In this document: positions 40,027 through 53,485 of the stretch, piece after piece
How the letters are laid out: each line of letters begins with the position of its first letter
How positions within the stretch are numbered: the first letter of the stretch is position 1
Assembly: GCF_001194135.2 (NCBI RefSeq)
Contig: NC_068990.1
Location: 72,827,591 to 72,891,590, forward strand
Source of the DNA: Octopus bimaculoides
Taxonomy: Eukaryota
Direction of reading: 5' to 3'
DNA: 64,000 nt
Program-made: the position numbers and the translations under genes
Notes under the pieces: generated by a model
Told to the model about the DNA's origin: nothing
What the model saw: the letters and a program-made list of their open reading frames with translations, nothing else
The model's database searches: none

Positions 40027-40569
40027 TGCGTGGTCACGTGCATGCGTGTGTGTTTATTTTACTTAGTGAGAAAGAAATACCATCAGCACTACTATCACTC
40101 ACTTTCAGACTGAATCCTTCACATTGGAACAAGAAAAACACTCCCACCACCTGGAGCACTGGACCAGAAAATAATTTAGAACATGAAAGAGGTTAAGCCA
40201 AGATTTAGGATGAGGTCTGGGTTGGGTCAGTTACAGAAAAAAATTTTTTAACCCTTTCATGACCACATTTCAAATGAAACACAATGGTTATGTGTTTCAA
40301 TCCATCTTGGAAATAACCAGGAACTTGGAAAGATTTACCAAACAAATAAATTTGGTTAGTCTTTAGCTGCTGACTAAATGAAGGCTGAAGAAAAAGTTCT
40401 TCAATAAAGTTACACTAGAAAGTATTGATTCAAATATAAATTAAATTGATTATTCTTTAAGAAAGTATCAAATGTGATCCCATGTAGGTTAGCATCGAAA
40501 GAATTAAGGGGAATAAGAAAAAAAATCAGTATAGAGTTTGATAATGGTCAGATGCAGTATAGATTTTTT

Positions 40570-41000
40570 TTAACAAATAGAGGATAGTGTCTAAAAAAGA
40601 AGGGACCCCAACCAGTGGGTGCTGCCTTCCATTATGTATGTGTCAGAAACATGGACTACCAACAAGAACTTTGAAAATAAATTACGACCAACACAAAGTG
40701 TCTTGGAAAAGAGAATGTTGAAGATGATTAACAAAATGGATAAGTGGATGAATAACAGGATAAGAATGGGAACATGTTTAAAAGATATTATCTGGAAAAT
40801 AAAAACTCTGGAATGGTCTTTCACAGGGCATATGTTTAGAAGAAAGGACAATAGATGGAATAACAAATAGACAGAGTGGACACCACATCCAGATGAAAGA
40901 GGGAAGACCATGCAGAAGTGGGAATGAAGGCTTGCTTAAATTCTTTGGACCCAAACATGAACAAGGAAAATGTCAGACCATGATTGGCAGAGAGAAGTAC
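40570..41000 (+). mobile_element. RTE-clade LINE, RT C-terminal remnant
   Basis: VLPSIMYVSETWTTNKNFENKLRPTQSVLEKRML...KTLEWSFTGHMFRRKDNRW matches RTE VLP...YG.ETW...L...QR.MERRML...KW.WAGHV.RR.D.RW. Confidence 0.85.
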
Positions 41001-41171
41001 CCATGATCTTTGCAATCCAACATGAATTGAAAATACTGATGACACAGTTAACATCCTATGTGTACAAAGAAAAATAAAAAAACAAGAAGGGGAAGCAAAA
41101 GGAGAAAAACAAGAGTGGGGGACAACTGCTGGTCTGGAAGTGAACACTTGAAACAATATGAACTTCACTAA

Positions 41172-41332
41172 CCCGTTAACATTTAAACTGGCCACTCACA
41201 GCTACCCTACAATGTCATTTTAAAACTGAACAGTCACATAATTGAAATTTGGAAGCTATGAGATGTAGCATGATTAGTGCAAAACAATGTGAACAAACAG
41301 GCATTTGACAGACTAATCTGAATGGTGAAGGG
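41172..41332 (+). mobile_element. piggyBac-type MITE (third copy)
   Basis: CTAA|CCCGTTAACATTTAAACTGGCC...GAATGGTGAAGGG|TTAA; body similar to 528-747. Confidence 0.7.
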
Positions 41333-41417
41333 TTAAGAGCTAGTTGGTAATCTGAAACTAGTTATATGTCACCCCTACTTCGACCATCCTCTAAAAATGA
41401 GAAAAAAAAAGGGGGCG

Positions 41418-41438
41418 TTAGGGTTAGGGTTAGGGTTA
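41418..41438 (+). repeat. Interstitial (TTAGGG)3
   Basis: TTAGGGTTAGGGTTAGGGTTA. Confidence 0.8.
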
Positions 41439-41443
41439 TACAT

Positions 41444-41494
<51 letters not shown>

Positions 41495-41500
<6 letters not shown>

Positions 41501-41700
41501 TCGTCATCATTATTTCATGCCCACATTCCATGGTGGCATGGATTGGATTGTTTAACAGGATCCAACAGATCCAAGGACTGCATTGTGCTCCAGTGTCAAC
41601 TTTGACATGGTCTCTAGGGCTGGATGCACTTCCTAACACCAACCACATCACAGCATGTACTGGGTGCATTTTTTGTGCCACTGGCACCAGTGAAGTTTCC
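41495..41700 (-). mobile_element. RTE-tail SINE-like repeat (family D)
   Basis: CATCGTCATCATT...GGCATGGATTGG...GGCTGGATGCACTTCCTAAC. Confidence 0.65.
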
Positions 41701-41801
41701 ATGCAACTCTCAAAAGTATGATCCCTGAGGGAGGGAGAGAGACAGTTTTGTTATAGGAGATAAAGGGATTCAAGTATGAGAAGAGAAATGAGGGATAGCA
41801 T

Positions 41802-41855
<54 letters not shown>

Positions 41856-42325
41856 ATTCACACATACTCAGTAGGTATAAATTTATATATGTGATGTATT
41901 ATATGTGTATAATATATTATCATCATTGTTTTAACATGTACTTCGCCACATTCAATTGTGTCAAATGAAATACTCTGGCTATCATAAAGACACATTTCAC
42001 GAACTGCCTTGAATTGGAACATGTTGCTAAAGGACACCTACTCAAACCATGCACACTACAGAAACTGTTCATTCCATTGAACTGACAATCACTTTAAATA
42101 GTTCCAACTATGTGCAAGCATGCAAATGATGTGTCACACCACAACATTAACATAACAATGATACCATGGAACAAGCAGACTCAATGCGCTGATCTTGATG
42201 GGAAACATTTACGGATTAACTATTTTGATACTAAGCCATCCAAAACGGCCCTTGTTTTTATAGTACTGACTCCCTTTTTTAAAGAGAACTAAACTAAAAC
42301 TTCCTGTTAATATTTCATGTTATGT

Positions 42326-42490
42326 ATGGCAACGAGCTGCCAGAATTGTTAGCAGCATTTCCTCCTTCTTCACATTTTGAGTTCAATTTCCATTAAGGTC
42401 AACTTTGCCTTTCATCCTTTCAGGGAGGTCAATGCAATTAACTTATCCCCTCCGCTGAAATTGCTGGCCTTGTGCTAACATTTGAAATTA
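42326..42490 (+). mobile_element. SINE family B, degenerate
   Basis: GGCAACGAGCTGCCAGAATTGTTAGC...GAGTTCAATTTCC...GTCAACTTTGCCTTTCATCCTTT. Confidence 0.75.
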
Positions 42491-42699
42491 ATATTTTATG
42501 ACATGTTCCAAACTTCAGCTTTATAATGACAAAATTATTTTATAACATTCTTCATTATTTTTTTCTTCTTATATTAATTGAAAGGTAAAAAAAATTTCAA
42601 CAGGAATTTGTTAACAATGAGGTTAATAATACAGTAAGTACAAAACAAGTAACTATCTAGTATACTATAAATATAACATTACTTCAACCATAACAGTTA

Positions 42700-44880
42700 A
42701 CTCTTGTTAGACATTATGCCCTAGCCGCCTCGGAATTCCCTTCACAATGCTGCACCTCTTAGGTAGCGATGTTGTATTTCTTTTCTTAGCGGCTGTGAGG
42801 ATGAGCATGATTTAGTAGCATTGGCAGTCTGGGAGGTGTTAAGAGATTGAATATTAACGGTAGTATCAGCTGGAAGAATTGATGATACTGACCTGTTAAA
42901 AACATTACTTCAAGGGCTCACATAATCATGATGATATTGATCTGTTTAAAACATTAGAAGGGATCACATGATCAAATGGTAGTTAGCTCTGCAGGAGAAG
43001 GAGAAGCTGGTGCTGTTGGCCAATTGATAACATTATCATAGTTAGCAGATGTACTTGTGGAAAGATATTTAGGAGCTATTTAGTTCAATTTATGCTGAGC
43101 TTTTTCATATTCACGTTTAATCCATTCTGTGTTCCTGCCAGCATGAATCAGACAATGTATATTAAAAGGAAATATCATTATATTTTCTTATAATGAACCA
43201 TTTGTCCAGCTTTATAAAGAAAAAATAGAGTTTTCAGCTACTTTTAATTGTCTGCCAAGTAATTTCTCAGCTAGAGAAAAATTTACATGCACCAGATGCA
43301 CTGTGATGAGGAAAGGAACCTTTAGCAAATACTCATCAAACTTTGCAGTTGTAAGACATAAACTTTTAATGCAGACTTGATTGTTTACACAGCTCTTTCT
43401 GCTGCCCCATTAGATTTTGGACCGGAGGTAGGACTTTCCATTTTCCTGCAACCAGGCAAATTGAACCAGTTATTTAACTGAATATATTCTGGCCCATTTT
43501 CTGATACCACCATCATTCAACAGAAAATGGATCACAATGATTGCTTTATACTTTCCAAGTGTCCACAGAAACATAAAATGGCTTCAATGCCTGATGTGGC
43601 TGAATCAACTGTGATCAACACATTCCCAGCATTTTGAATGCATTTTGATCTAAATATAATATTTACCAAAGCTGTGATTCTGACCAAATAGCAGTATAAG
43701 GACGTGTCTTTAAATCTGATTTTAGCACATAGTCACAAGATTTGATAAATTCTTTGTTGTTATCTCTACAAAATACAAGCTTTTGCTCTCTTCAGCATTT
43801 GATATATAGCCATGTGTCACAAATTGTCAAAAGAACTTTTGCAAGATAGGTTTTAGGAACAAATAGCCTGATTTTATTAAATATAACATCATTCTCGACC
43901 ATCTTAGCAGAAGAATGTCTAGCAAACTGTCATTCTTTAACACAGGTGTTAAAAATGCATTAAAAAATTCTATACTGTCTTCAACAATTGGAGTGTCAGT
44001 AAAAATGAATACAACTTTACCTATGTGAGAATGTAATTCATTTAACTGATTTGAATCCAGCTTTAATCTACTAACAGCATCGACATGACTCATGGCTTTA
44101 CGAGGCATGTGAATGATATGGAAATCATATAAGAGACCAGATAATAATCTGTTGAGAAACTTACTTGGAAACATGAAGAAACTTTGAAGAAATGAATCTC
44201 CAATAACTAAATGGTAAGTCACCAGTGAGAAAAAATTCCCGAAGAGAAAATGTCTGCCTTTAAATACAGCATACAACATCAGAATCCTTACGATGAATAC
44301 TGCTCCTATTTCCCTGGATACTATCAAGTGCATCACTAACATATGCTATGGGCTTTCCATTTAGAGACATTATTCCTGCTATAATACATTCAAAATCATC
44401 ACCAATTGGGAAAAATGAAAATGTTGCAATAACAGGGTTACTGCGTAAGAAGATTATTAGATTTCTTCAAAAAAAGAAAAACTTTTCTTGATGCTTACCC
44501 CAAGAAGACACTCAAATATATTTGCAATTTCTTACATATGATCATGTGATAATAGTATATCCAACCTAAATATTTCCCAATTACTTCTTCCAACTTGAGA
44601 ATACAAATCTGTTGATTCATGCCTATTAGACTAAACACCAGATTTTAAGATATATACTCCTAGAATCTCTACGAAAGATGCATTTATTTGATTAATCAAT
44701 GCATTGCCATCTTTCAGTTTAGCAAGGAATGTTTCTTTTTCCTCTTCCTTTCTTTTTTTCAATTCTTCAATCTATTTTTGATTTTGATTGCTGCAAAGAT
44801 GATGTTAGAAAATGGAGCTGTTACTTTTGAGGTCCGTCTGCAGTCAACTAATTAAAAACCATTACTGGTATTTATTGGGC
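42700..44880 (-). mobile_element. Decayed Gypsy/Ty3 LTR retrotransposon pol (RT - RNase H - integrase)
   Basis: RNase H-like GNFFSLVTYHL...LYDFHIIHMPRKAMSHVDAVSRL (ORF 43827-44342), integrase core VVSENGPEY...PKSNGAAERAV*TIKSAL (43370-43520) and RT-like segments at 44400-44800. The domain order RT-RH-INT is Gypsy. Confidence 0.85.
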
Positions 44881-44999
44881 ATAGAGTATAGAGTGTCTTC
44901 CCCTAAACCTGTCCTTCACTCTTTAGGTCACTTGAAGAAAAAATTTTGCTCCTTGTGCATCTTTTATCCTCTTGACTTGTTTCTTTCACTGGACCGCAG

Positions 45000-45360
45000 C
45001 CATGCAACAGCACTGCCTTAAAGAATTTTAATCAAATTAATTAACCCCAGTACTTCTTTTCTTATTAAGTCAGGTACTTATTCTGTCAGTTTCTTTTGCC
45101 AAACTGATACGTTATGGGGACGCAAACAAACCAACACTGATGGTCAATCAGTGGAGATCACAAGCACACACACACACAATGTATGGTGTGTTTACAAAAG
45201 GCTTCCATACAGTTTCTACCCATGAAATTCACTCACAAAGTACTGTCAGTCAGCCTGGAGCTATGGTAGAAAACAACTGTCCAAAGTGCCATGCAGCAGG
45301 ACTGAATGCAAAACTACACGGTTACAAAACCAGCTTCTCAACCCCAAAACCACGCCTGTG
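45000..45360 (-). mobile_element. SINE family A
   Basis: Reverse complement of the family A head (AAAACCACGCCTG) and tail (CCGCAGCCATGC...GCACTGCC). Confidence 0.75.
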
Positions 45361-47159
45361 TCATTCAACACTGGTTTCAAAATGTGGCACTGGGTGAGAA
45401 AAAATCTTCAATCTTGTCACTGAAATGGACAGTGCAATTAGCATATATTATCAATTTACCATCTTTCTTTTGCACCCATTGCAGAAAAGTTCATTTTCAA
45501 TCTATTTTTTCTTAATGTGAAATGCAACTAGAGAACTGCATCCAATAATGAAATTTTAATGTTATAACATATTATTGATGATAAATAATCAGAAATATCA
45601 TAATGTAACGTACTCTTCAAACTGCCTGCACTGATTAATCCAAAGTCATAAGAGCTATTAACAACAAAGCTTAAGTGCTGTTTTTCGTTTTTAACTGACT
45701 AGTTAAATATAGCTGTTGTATGTCAGATATGAAACATTAAAAGTTCAATATTTATCAATAGGTTTCATTCCTAATTAATATTAAATTTGCTAATATTGAA
45801 ACTGGAATGGTAAAGTATGCTACACCAGTATCAAATAGCATTTGGACTGGATGTCCATTATCTTGCATTTTCCTTTCTCATGTGAGTACAACTTTGTGTT
45901 TATTTTCATTGTATTAATGCAACTGCAATAGTGCTTTAGTGCATCAGCAATGATGTGCAGGACTGGTTTAATCTACCAAATCATAATTTGAAAGGGATGA
46001 TGCACATGCTACCAAAATGTAATGATTAAATCTTAAAAACCTGTTGAAAATCTTCCAGGTTTAACACTCAGTCTGGCAATAATTAAGCAGAAAATACCAA
46101 AAACATTGGGTTTCATTATTCAAAATGCTTATAGTGTATTTACTTGTGGTCAGATCACTGAGAAAATTGATGTTCTTGCAGAAAATACTTTTTCTTTTAA
46201 ATGTAAATAGTTATTTGTACTGAGAATGATGTTTTGCATGTTTGATTGTAAATGAATTTATAACAACATAATAATAACTAAAAGCTAGATAGACTCAAAC
46301 AAAAAGAAAGATGAAAAGAGATTTTAATGAATAATTAAATGCAATTAGTAAAGATATGGGTATGCAAACATCATGAACAAAAGTCAACATGTTTTGCTCA
46401 AACTTTTTTGCAATTTTTCATTGTGAGATTTATAGGAATACGGAGTTATTCTCTTCAAAAACAACATACCCAGCCATTATTCATAAACATTTTGATATAA
46501 AAAACATCCCCACAAATAAATAAATATATTGCAAAACTTAGTAACATGTGTGTCGATTTTTTTATCAATGGACATCATAGAGTAATTAAATAATAGAAGG
46601 GACTGAAGTTCCCTCCCTTAGATTAGAGAGTTCATAACTTCCATTAAAATAAATATGAACAGCAGTGTTTTGATTTGAGTAATTTCAGGCAGTATAGGAC
46701 AGAGATACACAACACACACACTCACATTTTCCAGATCATCAAAAGTTAATAATTCCAGATTACAGTATACATACCAGCATACATACAAACAACACACACA
46801 TACATTTCACCATTATTTGGTTCTTCAGGTAAAGATTCATAATCTACATACTACTGTTGCTTCTTTAACATTTGTCATATGTACAGATGTGGTTTCATGT
46901 CCCATGAGTAGCCAATGACTTTTTCTATCCATAGGGCTTTAAAATCCAATATTTACACACACAATTACTTATAGCCTTATCTACTTCAAGTCTCACAATT
47001 CAAAGAAATGAAAATATTGACTATGTTTGAATTGTATGATATTTGGCCGCCCCATTGGCTGTTATGCTTCTATTATTATTACATTTGAAAGTTAGTTTCT
47101 ATCTACATGTTTAGACAGCACTGGACATATGTTACATGTATGTATACATAATCTATCTA

Positions 47160-47216
<57 letters not shown>

Positions 47217-47743
47217 GGATTGTCTTGATAACATCGTGTTAACATATTTTTTCAGAAATATTAATATCAATTCGAATGATATTTTATATATTACACACAC
47301 ACACACACACACATATACATATGTTAATGCGAGAGAAACAATTATCGGCTTTATAAGGTGAGATCTAATTGGTGAATATTGTTAACCAAATTCTTTTAAT
47401 ACTGAGTGTATTGTTGATATCTGCCAGGAGTGTTAATCCTCATTTTTTAATACTCATTTACAAAGTGTGTCAATGTGTTCCTTTAAATTATATGCATACA
47501 TTCAAATGTTTACAGATTTCTTTGAATGGACAAATATAAGGATTTGAGTAAATGTATGTTGATGTGTGTTTATGTCATTATTTTGAAGATTATCCATATA
47601 CACCTGTATATCTATTGCAGTTTCAAGCTCACAATCAAATACAATTAAGAGAGATCAGTCTAACAATAATATTATAGAAATACATAATATATTTGTAAAA
47701 TGCAATTCTGCTGAAAAAATATACAATACTATCAGGCAGAATG

Positions 47744-47785
<42 letters not shown>

Positions 47786-48011
47786 CAATAACCTTTGGAG
47801 CCATTTCTGATTGGCAAATTTCATTTAAAGACATTACTTAGCTAAAGGTTATAGTTGAAGATGCTTGCCCAAAGGCCACTCTGGGATGGAACCTATAATC
47901 ATGTGATTGCAGTGAAGCTCTTAACTACACAGACATGACTGTGCATAATATGTGAATATACATGAGTGTGTGTGTGTATACATATATGCATACATCATCA
48001 GCAATGCTTTA

Positions 48012-48720
48012 CAAGGTGCATTCCAAAAATGTTGAGACTTGTTTTTTTATTAGAAGAAGCAATTACGAAAGTCCTAGATCATTGTCATTTTTGTGTATAA
48101 TTACTACACATCTAATAAGCTGACCTACCAGCTTTTGTAATTCTAGACTGAAGAATATGGCTGTAACAGCACTTTGAACACTCTCTACTAAACAGCTGTC
48201 TGCTTTCCAGAATGCAGACAGAGTCAGAAGAAAATCCTGGAAGCTTAGTATGTAATAAAGTTTTGTGTTAAACTGGGCAAAAACTCTTTAGAAACTTATG
48301 AAATGCTCCAGACTGTTTATGGATTAAGTTGTATAAGCCAAGCATCTGCTTCTCACTGGCACAAGAGGCCAAGCAAAGCAAGTCCACCAGGAAACTCTTG
48401 GTCATCTTTTTTTTTGACAGTAAGAGCATCATCTACATCTACTGGGTTCCTTAAGGCCAGACAGTCAACAAAGAGTGTTTTGTAGAGGTTATGAGGGAGT
48501 TCAGGAAGCAATTTTGTCACAAGAGGCCAGAGCCCAGCACCAAGAAAAAACAGCAATTCCCAGTTCCATCCTGGCAACAGACTACTTGACAGAGATGGGC
48601 ATCAAACTATCCTTCACTCCTCTACAGTCCAGACCTTGCTTCCTGTGACTTTTTGTTGTTGTGGCAAGAGTCCTGAAAATCTTCACTTTGGAGGACTTCT
48701 ATGGAGATCTTCACAATGTG
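48012..48720 (+). mobile_element. Decayed mariner element
   Basis: TA|CAAGGTGCATTCCAAAAATGTTGAGACT terminus. FFDSKSIIYIYWVP*GQTVNKECFVEVMREFRKQFCHKRP...YSPDLASCDF are mariner motifs. Confidence 0.8.
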
Positions 48721-49069
48721 ATTGGAACACTACAACACATGCATTAAAGCCAATGCACTTGTTCATCTGGGATCCCCCCCCCCTCCAAGAATGGGTATCA
48801 AGTTAATTCAAGCAAAATCAGTAACGATTAAGACAATTTAATGTAAGGAGCACACTAGTTTACAAAATTTTGACAACTTAACAATCTGACAGATTCTCTA
48901 TTATAGTCAGTGTCCCTTGAATTACAGGATGGACTTCCATACAGAGCTCAACTGCCCAGTTTTACTCGAGACACTTCCACTGATGTGAAATTAATGGATT
49001 TAAAAGACACTGGCACACCACTTACAAAACCTGAGTATTGCATTATGAAGAATGGTGCCGAGCATGTGT

Positions 49070-49270
<201 letters not shown>

Positions 49271-49855
49271 CGTGCATGTGTACATAAGCATCAATGTATG
49301 AAATTCTCAGCCGTTCAGTCACATTATAATTTCTGTCAATTAAATCAGACACACACACACAACCCTGTTTCCATGTTTGCAGAGCTCACATAAGGCATAT
49401 CCTATGCCCAAATATCCTTCCTATCACTAATGCTAAACAGTTTCCAATCAAAGCAACATTTCCCCTATAGGCACACATAGTGTAGATGATATATGTAGTT
49501 CAGACTTGCTTGTGTATATCATGCAATGCTAAGGAAAAGTGGGAAACGTGTGACCACTCTCATACACAGACAAACATTTACAATGGGTTTCGCTCAGCTT
49601 CCATCTAGCAAGTCTGCTCACAAAGATGTCACAACCTGAGGACAAATATTGAAGACACTCGTTTGAGGGTATCCTAGTGTGTGTGTGTGCGTGTATGTAT
49701 ATATATATATGTGTATTGACTGCTGTTTCCAGTAAACATTGGTGCCTTGTTGTACCACTACTCTCTCTCTCTCTCGATATATATATACATATACCACATA
49801 CATTCAGATATACGTGTGCAAAAAATATATCCATATGCACAAATACATATAAACA

Positions 49856-49886
<31 letters not shown>

Positions 49887-49921
49887 ATATCTATATATAT
49901 ATACCTGCATATATATATATC

Positions 49922-49991
<70 letters not shown>

Positions 49992-50163
49992 NNNNNNNNN
50001 NNNNNNNNNNNNNNNNNNNNNNNNNNNNNNNNNNNNNNNNNNNNNNNNNNNNNNNNNNNNNNNNNNNNNNNNNNNNNNNNNNNNNNNNNNNNNNNNNNNN
50101 NNNNNNNNNNNNNNNNNNNNNNNNNNNNNNNNNNNNNNNNNNNNNNNNNNNNNNNNNNNNNNN
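49992..50163. other. Assembly gap
   Basis: N run in (TA)n. Confidence 0.99.
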
Positions 50164-50259
50164 TATATATATATATACTTATATGTATATAAATACATAT
50201 ATTTATATACATGTACATAACTACATATACCTAAATAGACAAATATATATATACAAACA

Positions 50260-50290
<31 letters not shown>

Positions 50291-50454
50291 GATAAATCTC
50301 TAAATTTCTCAGAGAGACTTAAGCAGTAGTGATACAATAAAGTAGTTAAACACATGCCTACTACACACACATACACATATGCCTACATACATATACATAC
50401 ACATATATACACATACATATATATACATACACATGCTCATATATGCATATGTAC

Positions 50455-50880
50455 AGGCATGCCTGTGATGTAAAAAGTTTGCCTCCCAACCATATTGTTC
50501 CAGGTTCAGTCTCACTGGCACATAGTAGTGTCTTTTACAAAGGGACTGACCAAAACATTGTGATTAGATTTTCGTAGACAGAAACTGTGAAAAGCATACC
50601 ATTTGTGTGTTTGTGTGTGTGCGTGCGTGCGTGTGTGGTATGAGTGTGTGTGTATGAGTGCGCATGTCCATGTGCGTCTATGCTTATATTTGTCCCCAGT
50701 CATTGCTGGACCACCAGTGTTCACTTGTATACACCCCGTAACTTAGTGGTTTGGCAAAAGGACTGATACAAAAAGTACCAGGCTTTCAAAAAGTAAAGTG
50801 CTAGAATTAATTTACTGAACTAAACACAAGACAGTGCTCCAGCATGACCAGAATCCAATGACTGAAACATGTAAAAAACA
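50455..50880 (+). mobile_element. SINE family A (left arm of tail-to-tail pair)
   Basis: Head CAGGCATGCCTGTGATGTAAAAGTTTGCCTCCCAACC through tail CAGCATGACCAGAATCCAATGACTGAAACATGTAAAA. Confidence 0.8.
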
Positions 50881-50889
50881 TATGTATGT

Positions 50890-51111
50890 ATATTCTTTTA
50901 CTCTTTTACCCTTTCACTTGTTTCAGTCATTTGACTGCGGCCATACTGGAGCACTGCCTTTTGTTGAACAAATCAACCCCAGGGCAAATTATTTGTAAGC
51001 CTAGTACTTCTTCTATTGGCCTCTTTTGCTAAAGCACTAAGTTACGGGGACATAAACACACTAACATCGATGTCAAGTGATGACAGAGGGGACAAACACA
51101 GACACACAAAT

Positions 51112-51166
<55 letters not shown>

Positions 51167-51298
51167 TATTCATATATATACAATGGGCTTCTTTCCACCA
51201 AATACACTCGTAAGGCTTTGGCCAGCCTGAGACTATAGTGGAAGATACTTGCCCAAAGTGTCATGCAGTGGGACTGAACCCGAAACCATGTGGTTGGG
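50890..51298 (-). mobile_element. SINE family A (right arm of tail-to-tail pair; runs into gap)
   Basis: TTTTACTCTTTTAC...TTGTTTCAGTCATTTGACTGCGGCCATACTGGAGCAC...GGGACTGAACCCGAAACCATGTGGTTGGG. Confidence 0.85.
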
Positions 51299-51787
51299 NN
51301 NNNNNNNNNNNNNNNNNNNNNNNNNNNNNNNNNNNNNNNNNNNNNNNNNNNNNNNNNNNNNNNNNNNNNNNNNNNNNNNNNNNNNNNNNNNNNNNNNNNN
51401 NNNNNNNNNNNNNNNNNNNNNNNNNNNNNNNNNNNNNNNNNNNNNNNNNNNNNNNNNNNNNNNNNNNNNNNNNNNNNNNNNNNNNNNNNNNNNNNNNNNN
51501 NNNNNNNNNNNNNNNNNNNNNNNNNNNNNNNNNNNNNNNNNNNNNNNNNNNNNNNNNNNNNNNNNNNNNNNNNNNNNNNNNNNNNNNNNNNNNNNNNNNN
51601 NNNNNNNNNNNNNNNNNNNNNNNNNNNNNNNNNNNNNNNNNNNNNNNNNNNNNNNNNNNNNNNNNNNNNNNNNNNNNNNNNNNNNNNNNNNNNNNNNNNN
51701 NNNNNNNNNNNNNNNNNNNNNNNNNNNNNNNNNNNNNNNNNNNNNNNNNNNNNNNNNNNNNNNNNNNNNNNNNNNNNNNNNNNNNNN
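51299..51787. other. Assembly gap
   Basis: N run. Confidence 0.99.
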
Positions 51788-51812
51788 AGGGGACAAACAC
51801 AGACACACAAAT

Positions 51813-51855
<43 letters not shown>

Positions 51856-51859
51856 TATA

Positions 51860-52205
51860 GACACAGGCATGACTATGATGTAAGAAGCTTGCTTCCCAAC
51901 CACATGCTTCAAGGTAAGTGTCTTCTGCTAAGGCGTCAAGCCAACCAGAGTCTTGTGAGTGGATTTTGGAGATGGAAACTGAAAGAAGCCCATCATCTTT
52001 ATGCATATATATGTATGTCCCTCACCCCTACTTGAGAATTTGTATAGCCGTGTTTGTCCAAGTAACTTAGGTGCATGGCAAAAGAGACCAACAGAGTAAG
52101 TATCAGGTTTTAAATAAAGATAAGTAGTGGAGTGGATACATCTAACTAAAAAGTTTTGAAGGTATTGTCCCAGCATGGCTGCAGTCTAATGACTGAAACA
52201 AGTGA
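51860..52205 (+). mobile_element. SINE family A
   Basis: GTAAGAAGCTTGCTTCCCAACCACATG...CCCAGCATGGCTGCAGTCTAATGACTGAAACAAG. Confidence 0.8.
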
Positions 52206-52599
52206 AGCATATATCATCATTTAACATCCCTCTTCCAGGCTGTCATGGGTTAGGTAGTTTGGCAGGAACTTGCAAGTGTTGCACCACACACAGATACACA
52301 CATGTGGACAACCAGATATATACATATGTGTGTGTGTGTGTGTGTGCATGTGTGAATGTATATAGTTATACATTCACACACACACGCACACGCACACACA
52401 TATAAATGCATATATATGAATATCCATCCAGATATAATATGTACGGCAGTGGAAAGTGCCGTCTTTGTGTTATGGAAAGATGGCTCATCTGGAAAAGCAG
52501 TTTAGACCCCACTACATGTCTAAATTCAAGAACTGAACTTTTTGGATCATGTACGCATCCACATATAGCTAAATATTTGTTATGTTTTTGGTTCCCCCA

Positions 52600-53485
52600 A
52601 AATCACAGATAGAACCTGCATTTTATATTGTGTCCACGTACAAACTTTTTATCGCTATATACTTTTATATATATTTTTATTGTTTTATACATTTTTACAT
52701 ATTTTTTCTGTGTATTACTTTTCACCCTGCATTTTTGTGCATGTGCATATATAGATGTGTATATGAACATAATTGTGCGTGTATGGGTATATATACGTGT
52801 GTGTGAGTCCATGTGTGCGTGTATGTATATGTGTACATGTGTATGGTTGCATATATATGAATACATACAGGTATGTGTGTAGGTGTACCTGTTTGTGTTT
52901 CACGCAAGTGTTAGTGAGCATATGCATATATAAAATATGCGTATTTAGACATGTATATGAATATAATTGTGTGCGTATGGGTATATATACATGTGTGTGT
53001 GTGTGCAGATATGTATATGTGTACATGTGTATGGTTTTCATGTATATGTATACGTATAGGTGTGTGTGTGGGTGTGCATGTATGTGTTTCACGTGTGTGT
53101 GAGTCACCATATGCATATATGCATATGTACGTGGGTGTGCTTGCAAGCATGTGTATGTATGTACATTCACGCATACACAAATTCTTTGAGCGTTTATTAG
53201 TTTCTCCCTTTTTGGGTTTTTTTCCCTTTCTTTAATGGTCATTCTAATAGCTCCATTGTTTGTCTTAATAACAATCATCTTCATAGTAATTTCCCTTTGT
53301 TTAATAGCCATTTTCATAGCATTTTTGTTTGTCTTAATAACTGATGAGATGCCAGAGCAGATTTCCGCCCCGGCATCCGAAACTCGGAGTTTTATTACGG
53401 TAACCAAATAATTGTCACATATTATATTACAAATAAATTCCTCTATTTACATAATATCAAGGTCTCATTCATTCTTTTGTTGTCA
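52600..53485 (+). mobile_element. Non-coding repeat carrying a hammerhead ribozyme (probable PLE-derived or retrozyme-like element), copy 1
   Basis: TG/TA-rich body, short internal duplications (53224-53340), hammerhead, then an ~85-nt tail shared with 60905-60995 that ends in (TA)n(TG)n. Confidence 0.65.
53335..53397 (+). ncRNA. Type I hammerhead ribozyme (minimal stem III)
   Basis: Stem I TAATAA(53335-40)/TTATTA(53392-97); core CTGATGA(53341-47); stem II GATGCC/GGCATC; one extra C; GAAA(53379-82); stem III CTCGGAG; GUU triplet with predicted cleavage after 53391. Confidence 0.75.

Noticed and set aside
51085-51850. Duplicated AGGGGACAAACACAGACACACAAATAC(AC)n on both sides of a gap
   Set aside because: Likely a scaffolding artefact or two SINE copies; not biologically interpretable.
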